Assembly: GCF_000469505.1 (NCBI RefSeq) | Contig: NZ_KI272830.1 | Location: forward strand, 1 to 24,000 | DNA from: Leptotrichia sp. oral taxon 215 str. W9775 | Lineage (GTDB): Bacteria; Fusobacteriota; Fusobacteriia; Fusobacteriales; Leptotrichiaceae | Direction: 5' to 3' | DNA: 24,000 bases | Part shown: positions 1 through 7,661 of the stretch, piece after piece | How the letters are laid out: the number at the start of each line of letters is the position of its first letter | Numbering within the stretch: position 1 is the first letter of the stretch | The notes under the pieces: model-generated | The model's input: only the letters and a program-made list of their open reading frames with translations | Told to the model about the DNA's origin: nothing | Databases searched by the model: none | Made by a program: the position numbers and the translations under genes

Positions 1-90
1 TTTTTCCACCCCCATATATATTATAGAGCCTTTTTTTTGAAATAATTTTTTTAGTAATCTGATTTTAAAACAAATGTAAAATTAGAAAAA

Positions 91-1362
91 TTAATTATAA
101 AATTTTTCCACATCTGTAATTTCATTCTCACTTTTTGCTACAACAATTGTACAGACAGCATCTCCTGTAATATTCACCACTGTTCTGAACATATCGATAA
201 TTCTATCAACACCAATTACAACACCAAGTCCTTCCAATGGAAGTCCAGCCTGTTTTAACACAAGTGAAAGCATTAACATACCAGCACCTGGAACTCCGGC
301 TGTACCTACTGAAGCCAGTACGGCTGTTAAAATAATTCCAATGTATTGCGTTGGTCCCAGATGAATGTTGTAAAGGTTTGCAATGAATACAGCGGCAACT
401 CCCTGCATTATTGCAGTTCCATCCATATTTACTGTAGCTCCTAATGGAATTGTAAAGGAACTTATTTCTTCTGAAACTCCAAATTTTTCTGTCAATGTTT
501 CAATATTTACAGGAATTGTTGCATTACTGCTTGATGTAGAAAATGCTACTGAAATAACATTTAAAAATTTTTTTAAAAACTTAACAGGGCTCATTTTTGC
601 CATGCTTACAAGCATTATCTGATAAACTCCCGTATGAATTACAAAAGCTATTAATGTCACGACAACAAATCCTACTAATTTAATCAGCACATCTATTCCA
701 GTAGAAGCGACTACTTTTGAAATTAGTGCAAATACCCCAATTGGAGCAACTTGCATTATAAGTTCCACCATTTTTAGGACAAGTTCATTAGCTTCTTCAA
801 GTAAAATTTTCAAATTTTTTACTTTATCCCCCAAAGCTGTAATTGCTACTCCTAACAGTAAGAAGAATATTATAATGGCAAGCATTTTTTCTTCTGACAT
901 TGCATTAATAATATTTTTAGGAATCATATCCAGTAATATATCAATAAGTTTTCCCTGTTCAGCAAGTTTAAATTCTCCCTTTGGAAGTTCCCCATGGACC
1001 ATTCCTTTTCCAACACCGGAAATTCTTGCAACAAATAATCCAATTGCTACGGCAATTGCAGTAGTTGCAAAATAGAATCCTAAAACCTTTGTTCCAATTC
1101 TTCTAAGTTTCTTTACATCTCCGATGGAAGCGGCCCCCATTGCAAGAGAAATGGAAACCAGTGGCACAATCATAACTTTCATAAGATTAATAAACATTCC
1201 TCCAAAAAATGCAAGAACAGAATCTATAACAACCTCTTTTACAAATGAATTTTGTGCAAAAGGGCTAAGTATCAACCCGAATATAATCCCAAGTGCCAGT
1301 CCAATCATAATTCTGGTTGTCAAACCAAGTTTTTTCATAAATTTTCTAATAGTATAAAACAC
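91..1362 (-). CDS. Dicarboxylate/amino acid:cation symporter (DAACS/SDF family, GltP/SstT-like)
   Basis: 423-aa polytopic membrane ORF. It carries family motifs SSSNATIPV and VNMDGTA plus a reentrant-loop-like GVPGAGMLM segment. The start is GTG at 1362, after GGGGAAAGGAG; the alternative ATG at 1338 has no SD. Confidence 0.88.
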   Translation of the reverse strand: MFYTIRKFMKKLGLTTRIMIGLALGIIFGLILSPFAQNSFVKEVVIDSVLAFFGGMFINLMKVMIVPLVSISLAMGAASIGDVKKLRRIGTKVLGFYFATTAIAVAIGLFVARISGVGKGMVHGELPKGEFKLAEQGKLIDILLDMIPKNIINAMSEEKMLAIIIFFLLLGVAITALGDKVKNLKILLEEANELVLKMVELIMQVAPIGVFALISKVVASTGIDVLIKLVGFVVVTLIAFVIHTGVYQIMLVSMAKMSPVKFLKKFLNVISVAFSTSSSNATIPVNIETLTEKFGVSEEISSFTIPLGATVNMDGTAIMQGVAAVFIANLYNIHLGPTQYIGIILTAVLASVGTAGVPGAGMLMLSLVLKQAGLPLEGLGVVIGVDRIIDMFRTVVNITGDAVCTIVVAKSENEITDVEKFYN

Positions 1363-1395
1363 TATCTCCTTTCCCCAAATTTTTAAATATTTTAT

Positions 1396-1424
1396 ATTTT
1401 AACTTTTTATGGAAAAATTTACAA
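1396..1424 (-). promoter_or_regulatory. Putative sigma70-type promoter of the symporter gene
   Basis: On the minus strand: TTGTAA (1424..1419), 17 nt spacer, TAAAAT (1401..1396). An A10 tract (plus-strand T10 at 1426-1435) lies directly upstream, like an UP element. Confidence 0.4.
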
Positions 1425-1592
1425 CTTTTTTTTTTAAAATAATCAGTTTATCCTTTTAGATTTTTTCAAAAATTAAATCTAAAATTACTTGTCCTAAATT
1501 GATATTATTTTCCTTAATATAATTATTGAGCTTGTGTCTATGTCAGAATTAGTATTGACGGAAACTTTTATGCGTTATTTCTATCCTTCTTT

Positions 1593-2822
1593 CTATTTAT
1601 CCTGAAAATATGTAGCTGCTTTTGGAGTACTTTCTATTTTTTCAATAATATTTTCCGGAAGATATATTTCAATAACAGATTTTTTATCAGAATAATATCT
1701 GACAAAGATTTTTATATATTCATTTGAAAAATTAAAAGAGCCATTATCCTTAAAATAGCTTATGGAATCAATGTCTTTTAATTTGGAAGTACGAAGAAGT
1801 TCTTCAATTTTAGGATAATATCTTTTTATTTCATTTAGTTTTCTGGTGAGGGTATAAAATAGAACTATCGGCGATTTAACTCTCTTAAATTCGTTTACAT
1901 AAAGTTTTAGGTTATCTGATGCTAGATTAAGCATCAATGCCCTCTTTAAATTCTTTTCCAAATCTTCAGAAAAGGAATCTTTTACATAATTTAGATTGTC
2001 GTGTACGTATTTATATCCTCTTTTTGCCACATAAAGTAGAAACAGACGATAAATTTCTTCAGGATTGGAAACTTTATCCTTAACAAGTTCAAGCATTTTA
2101 TAAATTGTATTGTCGTATGGGCTGTAAGGCTGTCTTGCTTTATTTATGAGAAAATTAATAGATACGATTTTATTTGTCAGTTTTCCACTTTCCTTAATTT
2201 TTTCGTATGCAACAGAAAAATCAGTAAAAGTATTTATGTCCATTACAGCTTTTTTTAAAATATGCTTTTCAAAATCAAAAAACCTTTCATATTTATTGTC
2301 AGCATTAAGATAGATTTTTACTGATGAAAGTGGAAGGCAGACTTCGTTTTTATCTTTGGCATTTTTAATAATATTATTGTAAAAGCCAAATGAGAAGGAA
2401 TCTGTCATAAAAATAAATTTTTCAATCTCAAGTAGGGAAAAAAAGCTCTTTTTTAATGAGAAACAATTTTTAAATTCTTCAGTAAAAAATAATTGACAAT
2501 AATCAGTATGTAAAATAAAAGATGAAAGTATTCCAAAAGAACCGGAAAATTTATCGTTTGGAGAAAATACATAAAAAGATATATATTTTTCTGACAGAGT
2601 TTTAAAAAATGAAGTGAAATTATTAATGGAAGAAAATTCAGGTATGGAAAGAATTTCTTCAAATCTGATTTCAGCTTTTTCCAAAAAAGTGGAATCTGAA
2701 ACAATTTTAAAAAATAATAATTTTAAAAATATCTTTTCATCTTTTGTTATTTTTTTAGAAAATTCAAGTTTAATATCCTTTTTCTGTAAATTTGTAAATT
2801 TGTGGGAAAAATATATGTTCAT
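1593..2822 (-). CDS. Replication initiator-like protein (Rep_3/RepB-like winged-helix pattern), otherwise hypothetical
   Basis: 409-aa ORF. The segment FSFGFYNNIIKNA...VCLPLSSVKIYLNADNKYERFFDFEKHILKKAVMDINTFTDFSVAYEKIKESGKLTNKIVSINFLI matches the pattern I recall for the second winged-helix of Rep_3 initiators (Y-x-R-ff-dF-x-vl-x-a-x-eIN-x-tD-x-v-y-x-x-K-x-G-x-kv-x-i-F-i). Repeated palindromes sit just upstream of its start. No HMM was run. Confidence 0.5.
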   Translation of the reverse strand: MNIYFSHKFTNLQKKDIKLEFSKKITKDEKIFLKLLFFKIVSDSTFLEKAEIRFEEILSIPEFSSINNFTSFFKTLSEKYISFYVFSPNDKFSGSFGILSSFILHTDYCQLFFTEEFKNCFSLKKSFFSLLEIEKFIFMTDSFSFGFYNNIIKNAKDKNEVCLPLSSVKIYLNADNKYERFFDFEKHILKKAVMDINTFTDFSVAYEKIKESGKLTNKIVSINFLINKARQPYSPYDNTIYKMLELVKDKVSNPEEIYRLFLLYVAKRGYKYVHDNLNYVKDSFSEDLEKNLKRALMLNLASDNLKLYVNEFKRVKSPIVLFYTLTRKLNEIKRYYPKIEELLRTSKLKDIDSISYFKDNGSFNFSNEYIKIFVRYYSDKKSVIEIYLPENIIEKIESTPKAATYFQDK

Positions 2823-2837
2823 TTATAAACTCCTAAC

Positions 2838-2938
2838 TAACGAAAAAATTTGATATTTATTTCGTTTAAATTTTATAGATAATTTTAATATTTATCAATT
2901 ATATAACGAGTAACGAAAAAAGAAATAAATTTTTCGCT
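2838..2938. promoter_or_regulatory. Two copies of a palindromic AACGAAA...TTTCG motif (operator or origin-like repeats) between the divergent Rep-like gene and the PTS cluster
   Basis: Copy 1 is AACGAAA (2839-2845), 14 nt, TTTCGTT (2860-2866). Copy 2 is CGAAAAA (2914-2920), 9 nt, TTTTTCG (2930-2936). The centres are about 73 bp apart. Extra AACGA half-sites lie at 2905-2909 and 3057-3061. All six CpG dinucleotides in 2823-3063 fall in this motif or its complement. Confidence 0.45.
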
Positions 2939-3030
2939 TTTTTATAATTATACCTAAAATAAACTATAAAATCAATAAAATAGAAATAATTGTTATAAAA
3001 AACTTAAGTAAATAATTAAAAAACATTTTT

Positions 3031-3059
3031 TTGACAAAATGGAAAAGGTGAGGTATAAC
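3031..3059 (+). promoter_or_regulatory. Putative sigma70-type promoter of the PTS/peptidase cluster
   Basis: TTGACA (3031-3036), 17 nt spacer, TATAAC (3054-3059). The -10 element overlaps an AACGA half-site. The predicted TSS near 3066 argues against the GTG start at 3064. Confidence 0.45.
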
Positions 3060-3105
3060 GATAGTGAAAACAATAAAAGATAAAATTTTAAGTTGGAGGA
3101 AAAAA

Positions 3106-4002
3106 ATGGGAAAAAGATTGCTTAGCTGTTTTACTAGTGATTTTAATAAAATGTCCGGTCAGGATTTGAAAAATGCCATTAAGGCAAGTGAAGGTAGAAC
3201 AGTGTTGTCAGAAAATGTTGTAGGAAGAAAAAGTGTTGCAGGGGATGTTACAAATAGTGAGTTAGCAAGGGCTTTCGGAGCAGATCTTATATTACTGAAT
3301 GGATTGGATGTATTTAATCCATATATAGATGCACTTCCTGAATCAGATGAGCCTATAAAACTTGTAAAAAAACTTACAGGAAGACCGGTAGGACTTAATT
3401 TGGAACCGGTAGATCTAAATGCCGATATGATGGAGGAAATAGAAATTATTTCTGAAGGAAGAATTTGTTCAGAAGCTACATTGAAAAAGATAGAAGAAAT
3501 GGGATTTGACTTTGTATGCCTGACAGGGAATCCTGGTACAGGAGTTACAAACCATCAGATTTCTGAAGGTATAAAGCTGGCTAAAAAATATTTTTCCGGA
3601 ATGATAATAGCAGGTAAAATGCACTCATCAGGAGTTGATGAACCGGTTGCAAATTTCGATGTTGTGAAGGACTTTATTGAAAGTGGTGCAGATGTCATCA
3701 TGCTTCCGGCTGTGGGGACAGTACCTGGATTTACTCAGAGTGAAATGGAAAAAGCTGTAAAATATATCAAGGAAAATGGAGCTCTTTCAATGTCTGCAAT
3801 AGGAACAAGCCAGGAAAGTTCTACAAAGGAAACAATAAGACAGATTGCAATAATGAATAAAATCGCAGGAGTGGATATTCAGCATATTGGAGATGCAGGA
3901 TATGCGGGAGTTGCAAACTTCGAAAACATTTTAGAACTTTCTATAGCAATAAGAGGAGTAAGACATACAATAAGAATGATTGCGGCTTCAAATGACAGAT
4001 AA
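3106..4002 (+). CDS. Conserved hypothetical protein, alpha/beta (TIM-barrel-like) pattern; first gene of the PTS cluster
   Basis: The ORF track gives 3064..4002 (GTG). ATG 3106 has GGAGGA at 3095-3100 and lies downstream of the predicted promoter. Alternating beta-strand and helix segments (ADLILLNG, FDFVCLTGNPGTG, MIIAGKMH, ADVIMLPAVGT, SMSAIGT) suggest a barrel. I recognise no catalytic motif. Confidence 0.7.
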   Translation: MGKRLLSCFTSDFNKMSGQDLKNAIKASEGRTVLSENVVGRKSVAGDVTNSELARAFGADLILLNGLDVFNPYIDALPESDEPIKLVKKLTGRPVGLNLEPVDLNADMMEEIEIISEGRICSEATLKKIEEMGFDFVCLTGNPGTGVTNHQISEGIKLAKKYFSGMIIAGKMHSSGVDEPVANFDVVKDFIESGADVIMLPAVGTVPGFTQSEMEKAVKYIKENGALSMSAIGTSQESSTKETIRQIAIMNKIAGVDIQHIGDAGYAGVANFENILELSIAIRGVRHTIRMIAASNDR

Positions 4003-4034
4003 AAATAAAAAATATTATATATAAGGAGGATTTT

Positions 4035-4361
4035 ATGAAAAGAATATACTTATTTTGCAGTGCTGGAATGTCTACAAGCTTAGTTGCCAAAAGAATGCAG
4101 GAAGTGGCAGATAAGCATAGCCTTCCAGTTGAAGTTAAAGCTTTTCCTGATAATAAGATTGATGTTATTGTTGAGGAATTTCATCCTGATGTAATTTTAT
4201 TGGGACCGCAGGTAAAATTTAAGCTTGAACAGACAGCTTCAAAATACGAACCACAAGGTATTCCGGTAGCAGTAATTGACCTTGAAGATTATGGAAGAGT
4301 TGATGGAGAACGTATTTTAAAGAGAGCTATAAAAATATTGAAGGAAAAGGCAGGGAAATAG
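4035..4361 (+). CDS. PTS EIIB component, lactose/cellobiose/chitobiose family
   Basis: 108 aa with an N-terminal IYLFCSAGMSTS motif containing the phospho-accepting Cys. AAGGAGG SD lies upstream. The stop is 1 nt before the EIIC start. Confidence 0.9.
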   Translation: MKRIYLFCSAGMSTSLVAKRMQEVADKHSLPVEVKAFPDNKIDVIVEEFHPDVILLGPQVKFKLEQTASKYEPQGIPVAVIDLEDYGRVDGERILKRAIKILKEKAGK

Positions 4362-4362
4362 C

Positions 4363-5712
4363 ATGTTTGATAAGTTGGAAAAAGTATTAGGCCCTTTGGC
4401 ATCTAAATTGAGCAGTAATAAAGTTTTGGCGGCAATACGTGATGGATTTTTAGTAGGTACACCGTTAATTATAGCGGCTTCAATATTTCTAGTTATTGGA
4501 AATTTTCCTATTGAAGGATATGAAGCATTTGTTGCGAAATTTTTAGGAGAAGGATGGGACGGATATCTTAATGCTGTTATCCGTTCAACATTTGGAGTAA
4601 TAGCCCTTCTTGGTGTTATTGGTATTGGATATTATTATGCGAAGGCAAAGGGAGTGGAAGGGATTTCCGGGGCAGCTGTATCATTAGTAGCATTCCTTAT
4701 TATAAGTCCTCAATCTCATGATTTATTCGTAAATGCAGAAGGAAAAGCATTCAGAGGTTTTGCACTTAGAAACTTAGGTACAGAAGGTTTATTCCTTGCA
4801 ATGATTACAGCATTACTTGCGGTAACAGTATTTGCTGCAGTTAAAAACAGAGGTTGGACAATAAAACTTCCTGAAGGAGTACCACCTGCAGTAATGAATT
4901 CATTTGCGGCATTAATACCAAGTATGTTTGTAATGCTTCTATTTTTTGCATTGAGACTTTTCTTCTATTTCTTTACAAAAGATCAGTATGCACATGACTT
5001 TATTTATAAAGTTCTGCAAGGGCCTCTTGAAGGATTAGGAAAGAATTTCTTCTTTGAACCAATTTATCAGTTCTTATCAACATTGTTCTGGTTCTTTGGT
5101 ATTAACGGTCCTGCTGTTACAAATACAGTTTTCTCTCCATTACACCTGGCTATGACAACAGGAAATCAGGAAGCGTTTGCGGCTCATATGCCATTACCTC
5201 ATATATTTACAGGTTCATTCTCTGATTTCTTCTGTAACTTCGGTGGTGGAGGAAGTACATTATCTTTAGTATTACTGATGATGTTTAAAGGAAAATCTGA
5301 ACGTATGAAAAAATTAGGGAAACTATCAATAGTTCCTGGAATTTTTGGAATAAATGAAATGGTTATTTTCGGACTTCCAGTTGTATTAAATCCGATTATT
5401 GCGATTCCGTTTTTATTAACACCGCTTGTTAATACAATTTTAGGTACACTGGCAACAATGTTACACATTATTCCTCGTACTACAGGAACACTATTACCTT
5501 GGACAACGCCTTTATTCTTTTCAGGATGGCTTTCTACAGGAAGTATAATTGCAGGGCTTTTCCAAATAGTACAGGTAGCGATAGGATGTATGATTTACTA
5601 TCCGTTCTTTAAAATATTGGATAACCAGTATTTACAAGATGAAACAAAACCTGTAGAACAAAGTAAAGAAGATGATTTAGAAGACATTTCACTTGATGAT
5701 ATATCTTTCTAG
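4363..5712 (+). CDS. PTS EIIC permease, lactose/cellobiose/chitobiose family
   Basis: 449-aa polytopic membrane protein with typical EIIC-type segments (FFGINGP, NEMVIFGLPVVLNP). It appears translationally coupled to EIIB and has an acidic C-terminal tail. Confidence 0.9.
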   Translation: MFDKLEKVLGPLASKLSSNKVLAAIRDGFLVGTPLIIAASIFLVIGNFPIEGYEAFVAKFLGEGWDGYLNAVIRSTFGVIALLGVIGIGYYYAKAKGVEGISGAAVSLVAFLIISPQSHDLFVNAEGKAFRGFALRNLGTEGLFLAMITALLAVTVFAAVKNRGWTIKLPEGVPPAVMNSFAALIPSMFVMLLFFALRLFFYFFTKDQYAHDFIYKVLQGPLEGLGKNFFFEPIYQFLSTLFWFFGINGPAVTNTVFSPLHLAMTTGNQEAFAAHMPLPHIFTGSFSDFFCNFGGGGSTLSLVLLMMFKGKSERMKKLGKLSIVPGIFGINEMVIFGLPVVLNPIIAIPFLLTPLVNTILGTLATMLHIIPRTTGTLLPWTTPLFFSGWLSTGSIIAGLFQIVQVAIGCMIYYPFFKILDNQYLQDETKPVEQSKEDDLEDISLDDISF

Positions 5713-5738
5713 AAAATATAAATTTATGTTGAATAAGG

Positions 5739-5786
5739 CTGTTTCAAAATTAATTTATAAATTTTAATTTTGGAGCAGTTTTGTTC
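5739..5786 (+). terminator. Terminator-like or attenuator hairpin after EIIC
   Basis: 13-bp stem CTGTTTCAAAATT (5739-5751) / AATTTTGGAGCAG (5766-5778), including 2 G-U pairs. The loop is 14 nt and the stem is followed by TTTTGTT. Confidence 0.45.
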
Positions 5787-5874
5787 ATTATGGAGACAGT
5801 TTTAATATAAAAGTGACAGGATAGCTAATAATAAAGCTTTTAAGCAAATTTTTTACAGCAAAGGAGATATATAA

Positions 5875-6396
5875 ATGAGAATAGTTTTATTTTTTGACCA
5901 GATTCAATCGGGAACAGGTGGAAAAGAAGGAGCTAATGTGGAACTTGCACTGGAAAAAGGTGGAATGGGTTCATACATGATGTTTTCTGAATATATAAAA
6001 AATATAGGTGGAACTGTACTTGCCACTACATATTGCAGTGACAGTTATTTTAAGGAAAATCAGGAGCTTGTTCTGGAAAAAATGACAGGACTTTTAAATA
6101 AAGTAAAGGCTGATATTCTTTTATGCGGGCCATGCTTTAATTATTACAATTATGCAGAAATGTCCTCCATTTTAGCAGAGCACGTAAAGAAGGAAACAAG
6201 CTGTAAACCGGTAGTTGTATGTTCGGAAGAAAATAAGGAAATAATAGATAAATATAAAAATAATCTGGTAATGATAAAAATGCCGAAAAAAGGTGGGGTA
6301 GGCTTGCGTGAATCATTACAGAATATGGCAGATGTAATAAAATGTCTGTATGAAGGATCAGATTTATCAGAAGTAAGTGATTATATATATAAATAG
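5875..6396 (+). CDS. Stand-alone domain resembling the N-terminal part of glycine/sarcosine/betaine reductase protein B (GrdB-related); function unknown
   Basis: 173 aa. The segments MRIVLFFDQIQSGTGGKEGA, ATTYCSDSYFKEN and ADILLCGPCFNYYNY parallel the GrdB N-terminus as I recall it (VVHYxNQFFAGIGGEEKA, ICGDSYFNEN, DLFIAGPAFNAGRYG). It lacks the Sec-containing C-terminal half. AAAGGAG SD is present. Confidence 0.5.
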   Translation: MRIVLFFDQIQSGTGGKEGANVELALEKGGMGSYMMFSEYIKNIGGTVLATTYCSDSYFKENQELVLEKMTGLLNKVKADILLCGPCFNYYNYAEMSSILAEHVKKETSCKPVVVCSEENKEIIDKYKNNLVMIKMPKKGGVGLRESLQNMADVIKCLYEGSDLSEVSDYIYK

Positions 6397-6403
6397 TTAG
6401 AAA

Positions 6404-6626
6404 AAACTGTCTGAAAATAGAAATAAAAATTATGAAAATTATATTTATTCATTTGTTAAAATTTTTCTTATATAAAACAGTCATTCATTAAAAAAAAGTC
6501 AAAAATCGCCAAATTTAGGCTGTTGACTTTTTCTAAATTCATTTCCTGTTTTATATTGTAAAATTTTAAATAACTCATAAATATAATTTTTCATATTGTG
6601 TTTTAAGTCTTATTTTAAGATAGTTT
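6404..6626. repeat. Nested-hairpin intergenic repeat element, copy A
   Basis: Outer inverted repeat AAACTGTCTGAAAAT (6404-6418) / ATTTTAAGATAGTTT (6612-6626). Inner inverted repeat ATGAAAATTATATTTAT (6432-6448) / ATAAATATAATTTTTCAT (6577-6594). An extra 10-bp hairpin AAAAAGTCAA (6493-6502) / TTGACTTTTT (6523-6532) lies inside. The 31-nt core TCATTTCCTGTTTTATATTGTAAAATTTTAA (6539-6569) is shared with copy B at 29 of 31 positions. Confidence 0.6.
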
Positions 6627-6666
6627 AAACTGTTAATTTATCTATATATCAAGAAATGGAGAAGAT

Positions 6667-7656
6667 ATGAGATTAAAGGAATTATGTCAATTAAGGGGAG
6701 TTTCAGGAGATGAAAAGGAAGTACATGATTTTCTGCATAAAGAATATGAAAAAAGAAATCTTTCAATAATAAAGGATAGACTCGGATCTATTTTTGGCTT
6801 AAAAAAAGGGAACGATTCATCATATAAAATAATGATAAGCTCAAATATTGATGAAAGTGGAGGAATGATTTCAGATATCAGGGAAGACGGACTAATGGAA
6901 TTTCTGACAATAGGGCTTTATGAAAAAAGTCTTTTTGAGCAGAGAATAGTGAAAGTTTTAAATAGAAGACATGAAGAATATACAGGATTTGTAATAAAAA
7001 ATGAAAAAGAGCTGCTGATTGACGTAGGGTATGGAAGTAAAGAAGAAGTTTTAGGGGCAGGAATACAGATTGGAGATATGTTTGTGCTAGATATTCCTAC
7101 TTTATTTCTTCCAAATGAAGAAATACTTTCTAAAAATCTTTCCAACAGGGCAGGACTTGAAGCAGGGCTTACAGTATTAGATAAGATGGAAGAAAATAAG
7201 GAAATGCCTCCATTTGATGTGGTAATAGGAGGGATATCCCATTCGGTAACAGGTCAGCGTGGAGCAATAACAGCAACAACTGCATTAAAACCGGATATAG
7301 CTGTCGTTATTGATACGGCATATGTGAAAGAGCCTAAAGAAAATACAGTATATATTAGAAGTTTTGATAAATCAATGCTTCCAAATCAAATGTTAAAGAA
7401 GGAATTTTATGAAGTGGCACAGAAAAAAGGATATATTCCTGAAGGCCATGTTCAGCTGGAAGCGACAGACGGGTCTTTTATCCATAAATCATTGGCAGGG
7501 ACTCCAACAGTTGTACTTGTACTACCTTTAAAACATAAACAGGCTATGTTAAATTCGTTAAAAATAGAGCATATAAATAATTTGAGTGACATAATTATAG
7601 AATTTATTAAGGGACTGACTGTAGAAAAAATAGAAAAATTCGGATTTAAAGGGTGA
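6667..7656 (+). CDS. M42 (FrvX/TET aminopeptidase)-family paralog with a degenerate metal-binding site; probable non-catalytic subunit
   Basis: 329 aa with an M42-like N-terminus (LKELCQLRGVSGDEKEV). The canonical positions are substituted: SSNIDESG versus THMDEVG, LSNR versus FDNR, SHSVTGQRGA versus QEEVGLRGA. Confidence 0.75.
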   Translation: MRLKELCQLRGVSGDEKEVHDFLHKEYEKRNLSIIKDRLGSIFGLKKGNDSSYKIMISSNIDESGGMISDIREDGLMEFLTIGLYEKSLFEQRIVKVLNRRHEEYTGFVIKNEKELLIDVGYGSKEEVLGAGIQIGDMFVLDIPTLFLPNEEILSKNLSNRAGLEAGLTVLDKMEENKEMPPFDVVIGGISHSVTGQRGAITATTALKPDIAVVIDTAYVKEPKENTVYIRSFDKSMLPNQMLKKEFYEVAQKKGYIPEGHVQLEATDGSFIHKSLAGTPTVVLVLPLKHKQAMLNSLKIEHINNLSDIIIEFIKGLTVEKIEKFGFKG

Positions 7657-7661
7657 GAAAA

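Noticed and set aside
383-1357. Plus-strand ORFs 383-622, 875-1075 and 1124-1357 from the six-frame track
   Set aside because: They lie entirely antisense within the well-supported symporter gene, have no SD, and have low-complexity composition typical of shadow ORFs in AT-rich DNA.
1426-1435. T10 homopolymer as a possible phase-variation tract
   Set aside because: It lies upstream of the -35 box of the symporter promoter, in UP-element position. It is not in the spacer or coding sequence, and homopolymers of this length are common in this AT-rich DNA.
2453-2853. ORFs 2453-2704 (-) and 2614-2853 (+) overlapping the Rep-like gene
   Set aside because: They are alternative-frame or antisense shadows of the 409-aa ORF, with no SD and no recognisable motifs.
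2955-2981. Three closely spaced TAAAAT motifs as possible iterons or a DNA-unwinding element
   Set aside because: The spacing is irregular (12 and 9 bp) and the motif is low-complexity in about 85% AT sequence. I cannot distinguish it from chance.
3064-3105. GTG start at 3064 for the first gene of the PTS cluster
   Set aside because: The predicted TTGACA-N17-TATAAC promoter would start transcription at about 3066, downstream of this GTG. ATG 3106 has a GGAGGA SD at good spacing. I have not fully excluded it, because an AAGGTGAGG lies before 3064.
5199-5468. Minus-strand ORF inside EIIC, plus similar antisense ORFs at 6918-7145, 7982-8467, 8712-9053, 9455-9700, 14949-15146, 15400-15764, 17043-17270, 17534-17815 and 20970-21215
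   Set aside because: All are embedded antisense or out of frame within strongly supported genes. None has an SD or a recognisable motif.
6468-6542. 24-codon minus-strand ORF (MNLEKVNSLNLAIFDFFLMNDCFI) inside repeat copy A
   Set aside because: The AGGAA is directly adjacent to the ATG, so spacing is poor. The corresponding frame in repeat copy B collapses to 4 codons, so the conservation is at the nucleotide or structure level rather than in coding.
5875-6666. Possible selenocysteine read-through extending the GrdB-like ORF into a full-length selenoprotein B
   Set aside because: The ORF ends in TAG, not TGA. The downstream 270 nt has stops in all frames and no GrdB-like coding potential, and I saw no SECIS-like context.
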